Shown here piece by piece: positions 61,446 through 64,000 of a DNA stretch of 64,000 nt. Position 1 is the first letter of the stretch; each line of letters starts with the position of its first letter. Below the pieces are notes generated by a model, which saw only the letters and a program-made list of their open reading frames with translations, did not search any database and was not told where the DNA came from. Location of the stretch: assembly GCA_963667035.1 (NCBI GenBank), contig OY762964.1:320001-384000 (forward strand). The letters run 5' to 3'. The DNA comes from Candidatus Cloacimonadales bacterium. GTDB lineage: Bacteria > Cloacimonadota > Cloacimonadia > Cloacimonadales > JAFGVF01. The translations under genes were made by a program, and so were the position numbers.

Positions 61446-61470
61446 AGCCCCGGTAATTACCGGGGCTTTT
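61446..61470. terminator. Hairpin between convergent genes
   Basis: AGCCCCGGTAATTACCGGGGCT perfect palindrome followed by TTT. Confidence 0.7.
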
Positions 61471-61477
61471 GTGTAGT

Positions 61478-63241
61478 TTACTTTATAAAAACAAACTTCT
61501 TTTGAGTCCGAACATTGCCAGTTTCTAACATTATGAAATATACACCGGAGCTGTAATCATCTACGTTGAACATTTTATCAAGACTAAGAACTTGCTTCCC
61601 GGAACTAATCATTACATTGCTATTTCTTCTCAATAGACGACCTTTTATGTCGTAAAGAGATATGGTTGAATATCCCGATGACTTTGTATCAATTTCTACT
61701 AATACATTATTGTAAGCGGGATTTGGATATACCGATAACAGTAAAGGTTGGGTAGATGTAACATTTTCATCAATAGCAGTAAGTCCTGTGACTACAACAT
61801 TATCAACAGCAAGCAACAAGGCATCAAAAGAACAACATTCAATGCCAATTCTAAAGCTCTGATTACTCCATGGTTCGATTGGAAATTCATAAAGTGTCCA
61901 GTTATCGGTTACTTCAATATAATCGGTTTCATGTAAGGATATTGGATTCTCAATATCAGCATCCGGATAGATATACACTTTGATTCTTTCTAATCCATAT
62001 TGAGAGGTCATGGATCTTGTCATAAAACTCAGAGAACCTGATGTAATAGGACTTATCACAGGAGAGATGATAATGTCTTCATTCGGAGGGATTACTGAAG
62101 CAAGAGAAACTAGGCATTTCTCTCCCGTAAAAGCATTGAAAGGGAAACCGATAAGCTGTGAAGGTTCCCATACGACAAAACCATGAGCATTACCTTCTCC
62201 ATCAAAGTCCCATTCTCCAAGACCATAAGTGAGACTACTATCATTGTCTAAGCAAGTCCATGGCTGTCCTAAATCCTGAAACGAGGTATAGTCTTCAAAA
62301 TCATCTTGAAACACCATATTTTGTCCCGAGCTGGTAGTAAAACTCCAAGTGGGACCAACTCTTATCTCATCTGAGAATGTACCTTCAACTCGCCAAAAGT
62401 AATGAGTTCCGGTCTCTAAATCGAAAGGAATATCCAGAGTTTGTTGAGCTGTGTTGTTGCTTAAAAGGGTGAGATTTGATTCATTAGTACCCAGATAAAC
62501 ATTGTAGGACTCAGCATTCCAATACCAATTCAAATTAGTATTGATAGGAACATCAACCGAACCGTTATATGGAAAGGGTTGTTCCGGAGTTAGCATCTCA
62601 CGATTAACCAGCAACTTTATGTTGGGTAGATTTGTCTCTCTTAATGCTGAATAATTATTAAGAGCATCAGTGCTTACCGGAGAAGTCATGCTCCCCGTGA
62701 ATAATCCCATAGTATCTGTATAGCTGTGAGCTAGAAAGCGTTCATAAGAGGACATCATGCCATCACGGGATTCCTTTATGCTGATGAGTAAATTTTCTCC
62801 GTTTTGGTATATATAGGGAGTATCAAAACTGATAGACAGCCAACCGGACGTGGTATCAATGAACTGATAGTTATCCGTACTCCAAGTTCCGCTAAAGCAT
62901 TCTTGCAAATCACTATCCTGTTGCCAATCGATGTTGTTGAAACTTGAATGTTGAGTTGTTCCAAGCTTCACAATCAGATCATTTTGATGTTGGAAGAATT
63001 GATTGTAAGCATCTTGGATCGGGCTGTCTGAGTCAAAGTTCAGATTAAAAGCAATCCCGATTATCTCATAATCCTCAGATAAGAGATAATCGGGATAAAT
63101 CATTTGTGAGTAGCTGTAGTTTATTCTGTTAAATATAGGTAGATGAGAGTTAGTAATGTTACCTTCTCCGATTTGTATCTGCTCGGTTGAGTGAAGCAAG
63201 CAGATACAATATAAGAGTAGGGTAAACAATATCTTTCTCAT
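61478..63241 (-). CDS. Secreted protein with cleaved-adhesin (choice-of-anchor J)-like domain and T9SS-type C-terminal sorting domain
   Basis: Signal peptide; QIGEG...LPI...YSYSQMIY domain; Fn3-like YNVYLGT..YFWRV..GPTWSFTT; FQDDFEDY..WTCLDND..IISP; VYPNP..LYDIKGR..SGVYF..KKFVFIK. Confidence 0.75.
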   Translation of the reverse strand: MRKILFTLLLYCICLLHSTEQIQIGEGNITNSHLPIFNRINYSYSQMIYPDYLLSEDYEIIGIAFNLNFDSDSPIQDAYNQFFQHQNDLIVKLGTTQHSSFNNIDWQQDSDLQECFSGTWSTDNYQFIDTTSGWLSISFDTPYIYQNGENLLISIKESRDGMMSSYERFLAHSYTDTMGLFTGSMTSPVSTDALNNYSALRETNLPNIKLLVNREMLTPEQPFPYNGSVDVPINTNLNWYWNAESYNVYLGTNESNLTLLSNNTAQQTLDIPFDLETGTHYFWRVEGTFSDEIRVGPTWSFTTSSGQNMVFQDDFEDYTSFQDLGQPWTCLDNDSSLTYGLGEWDFDGEGNAHGFVVWEPSQLIGFPFNAFTGEKCLVSLASVIPPNEDIIISPVISPITSGSLSFMTRSMTSQYGLERIKVYIYPDADIENPISLHETDYIEVTDNWTLYEFPIEPWSNQSFRIGIECCSFDALLLAVDNVVVTGLTAIDENVTSTQPLLLSVYPNPAYNNVLVEIDTKSSGYSTISLYDIKGRLLRRNSNVMISSGKQVLSLDKMFNVDDYSSGVYFIMLETGNVRTQKKFVFIK

Positions 63242-63242
63242 T

Positions 63243-63998
63243 TTACTTCACTACTACAACCTTCTTAGCTAAAGTCTTATTCTCTTTTGATTTAAGAAAA
63301 TAGAAACCATTAGCAAGATTACGAGTATTTACTTCTCTGCTCCCGTCTATATCCATAACTTTTCTTCCCTTGATATCATACAATGCAATATCCGATATTT
63401 CATTATCCGCTTTCAGTTTGAAGCTATCTCTACAAGGATTGGGATAAACAGACATTGTAGGAATAGGTTGTATGTGCTCTTCATTATCGGTAGGAAGATA
63501 TTGATAAACAGAACGATAGTATAATTCAAGATTGTCTGAAGCTGAAGTGCCGTAAGAACTCACAGTTTCAGCTAATACACCATTTTCATAAGTGTTAACT
63601 GAATGAAAGGAGTGATACTCTGTTCCTGAATTCAAATCTGTATTGAACATATCCGTTTGAGATATACCGAATTCATTATAAACATACTCGGTTCTGTTCA
63701 TTTGAACCCACCCTCCATAGTATTCAATATATGAATAAGAGATAGAACTTGTCAAATTGCCATTAGTATATGTATATATATCATATAGTTCCATGTCACC
63801 ATAATCAGAATAATTAGTTTGATTCATCCTATACAATTCACCATTTTGCCATAAATTATCCCAAACAGCTGAAACTTCCCATGCTCCATTCTCCCATACA
63901 TAATAGGTTTTTAAATCAAGACCGTCTTCGCAATATTCATATTCCATCTTAGCGGTTAACAGCCAAGAACCATTATTATTTTCATAGTACATGTCTTG
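63243..63998 (-). CDS. Secreted beta-rich repeat protein with T9SS-type C-terminal domain; start lies outside the window
   Basis: Frame stays open to the window edge; Y.Y.NG.L repeats; VYPNPCRD..LYDIKGRKV..LANGFYFLK..KKVVVVK. Confidence 0.75.
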   Translation of the reverse strand, partial: QDMYYENNNGSWLLTAKMEYEYCEDGLDLKTYYVWENGAWEVSAVWDNLWQNGELYRMNQTNYSDYGDMELYDIYTYTNGNLTSSISYSYIEYYGGWVQMNRTEYVYNEFGISQTDMFNTDLNSGTEYHSFHSVNTYENGVLAETVSSYGTSASDNLELYYRSVYQYLPTDNEEHIQPIPTMSVYPNPCRDSFKLKADNEISDIALYDIKGRKVMDIDGSREVNTRNLANGFYFLKSKENKTLAKKVVVVK

Positions 63999-64000
63999 TA

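Overview
AT-rich bacterial chromosomal window. The 16S sequence and gene content (lysine 5,6-aminomutase, several proteins with T9SS/FlgD-like C-terminal sorting domains) point to the FCB group, most likely Candidatus Cloacimonadota; this is my recognition, not a database result. It holds housekeeping genes (PpiD-like foldase, pepA, glpK, priA, hisS, cutC, cls, ruvX, mltG, amt), one rRNA operon (16S-23S-5S, no spacer tRNA), a MacAB-like ABC exporter, an MBOAT/SGNH-type O-acylation pair, ovoA, an ornithine/lysine decarboxylase and kamDE. Most notable: (1) an 11-kb, 8-gene operon (8935-20052) with the architecture of the myxobacterial Agl-Glt gliding-motor core, in which one of two ExbD-like subunits has Asn in place of the ion-conducting Asp; (2) three IS3-family copies that all break at the same point in orfA and all lie next to the same end of an unannotated ~160-bp element with terminal inverted repeats and an 11-bp hairpin/tandem array; (3) a stand-alone IS200-type HUH (Y1) nuclease inside six GTAG-type three-hairpin REP-like units arranged as inverted doublets; (4) TTGAC -35 boxes at nearly every transcription-unit head with weak -10 boxes, including apparently leaderless genes. 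No CRISPR array or tRNA was found.
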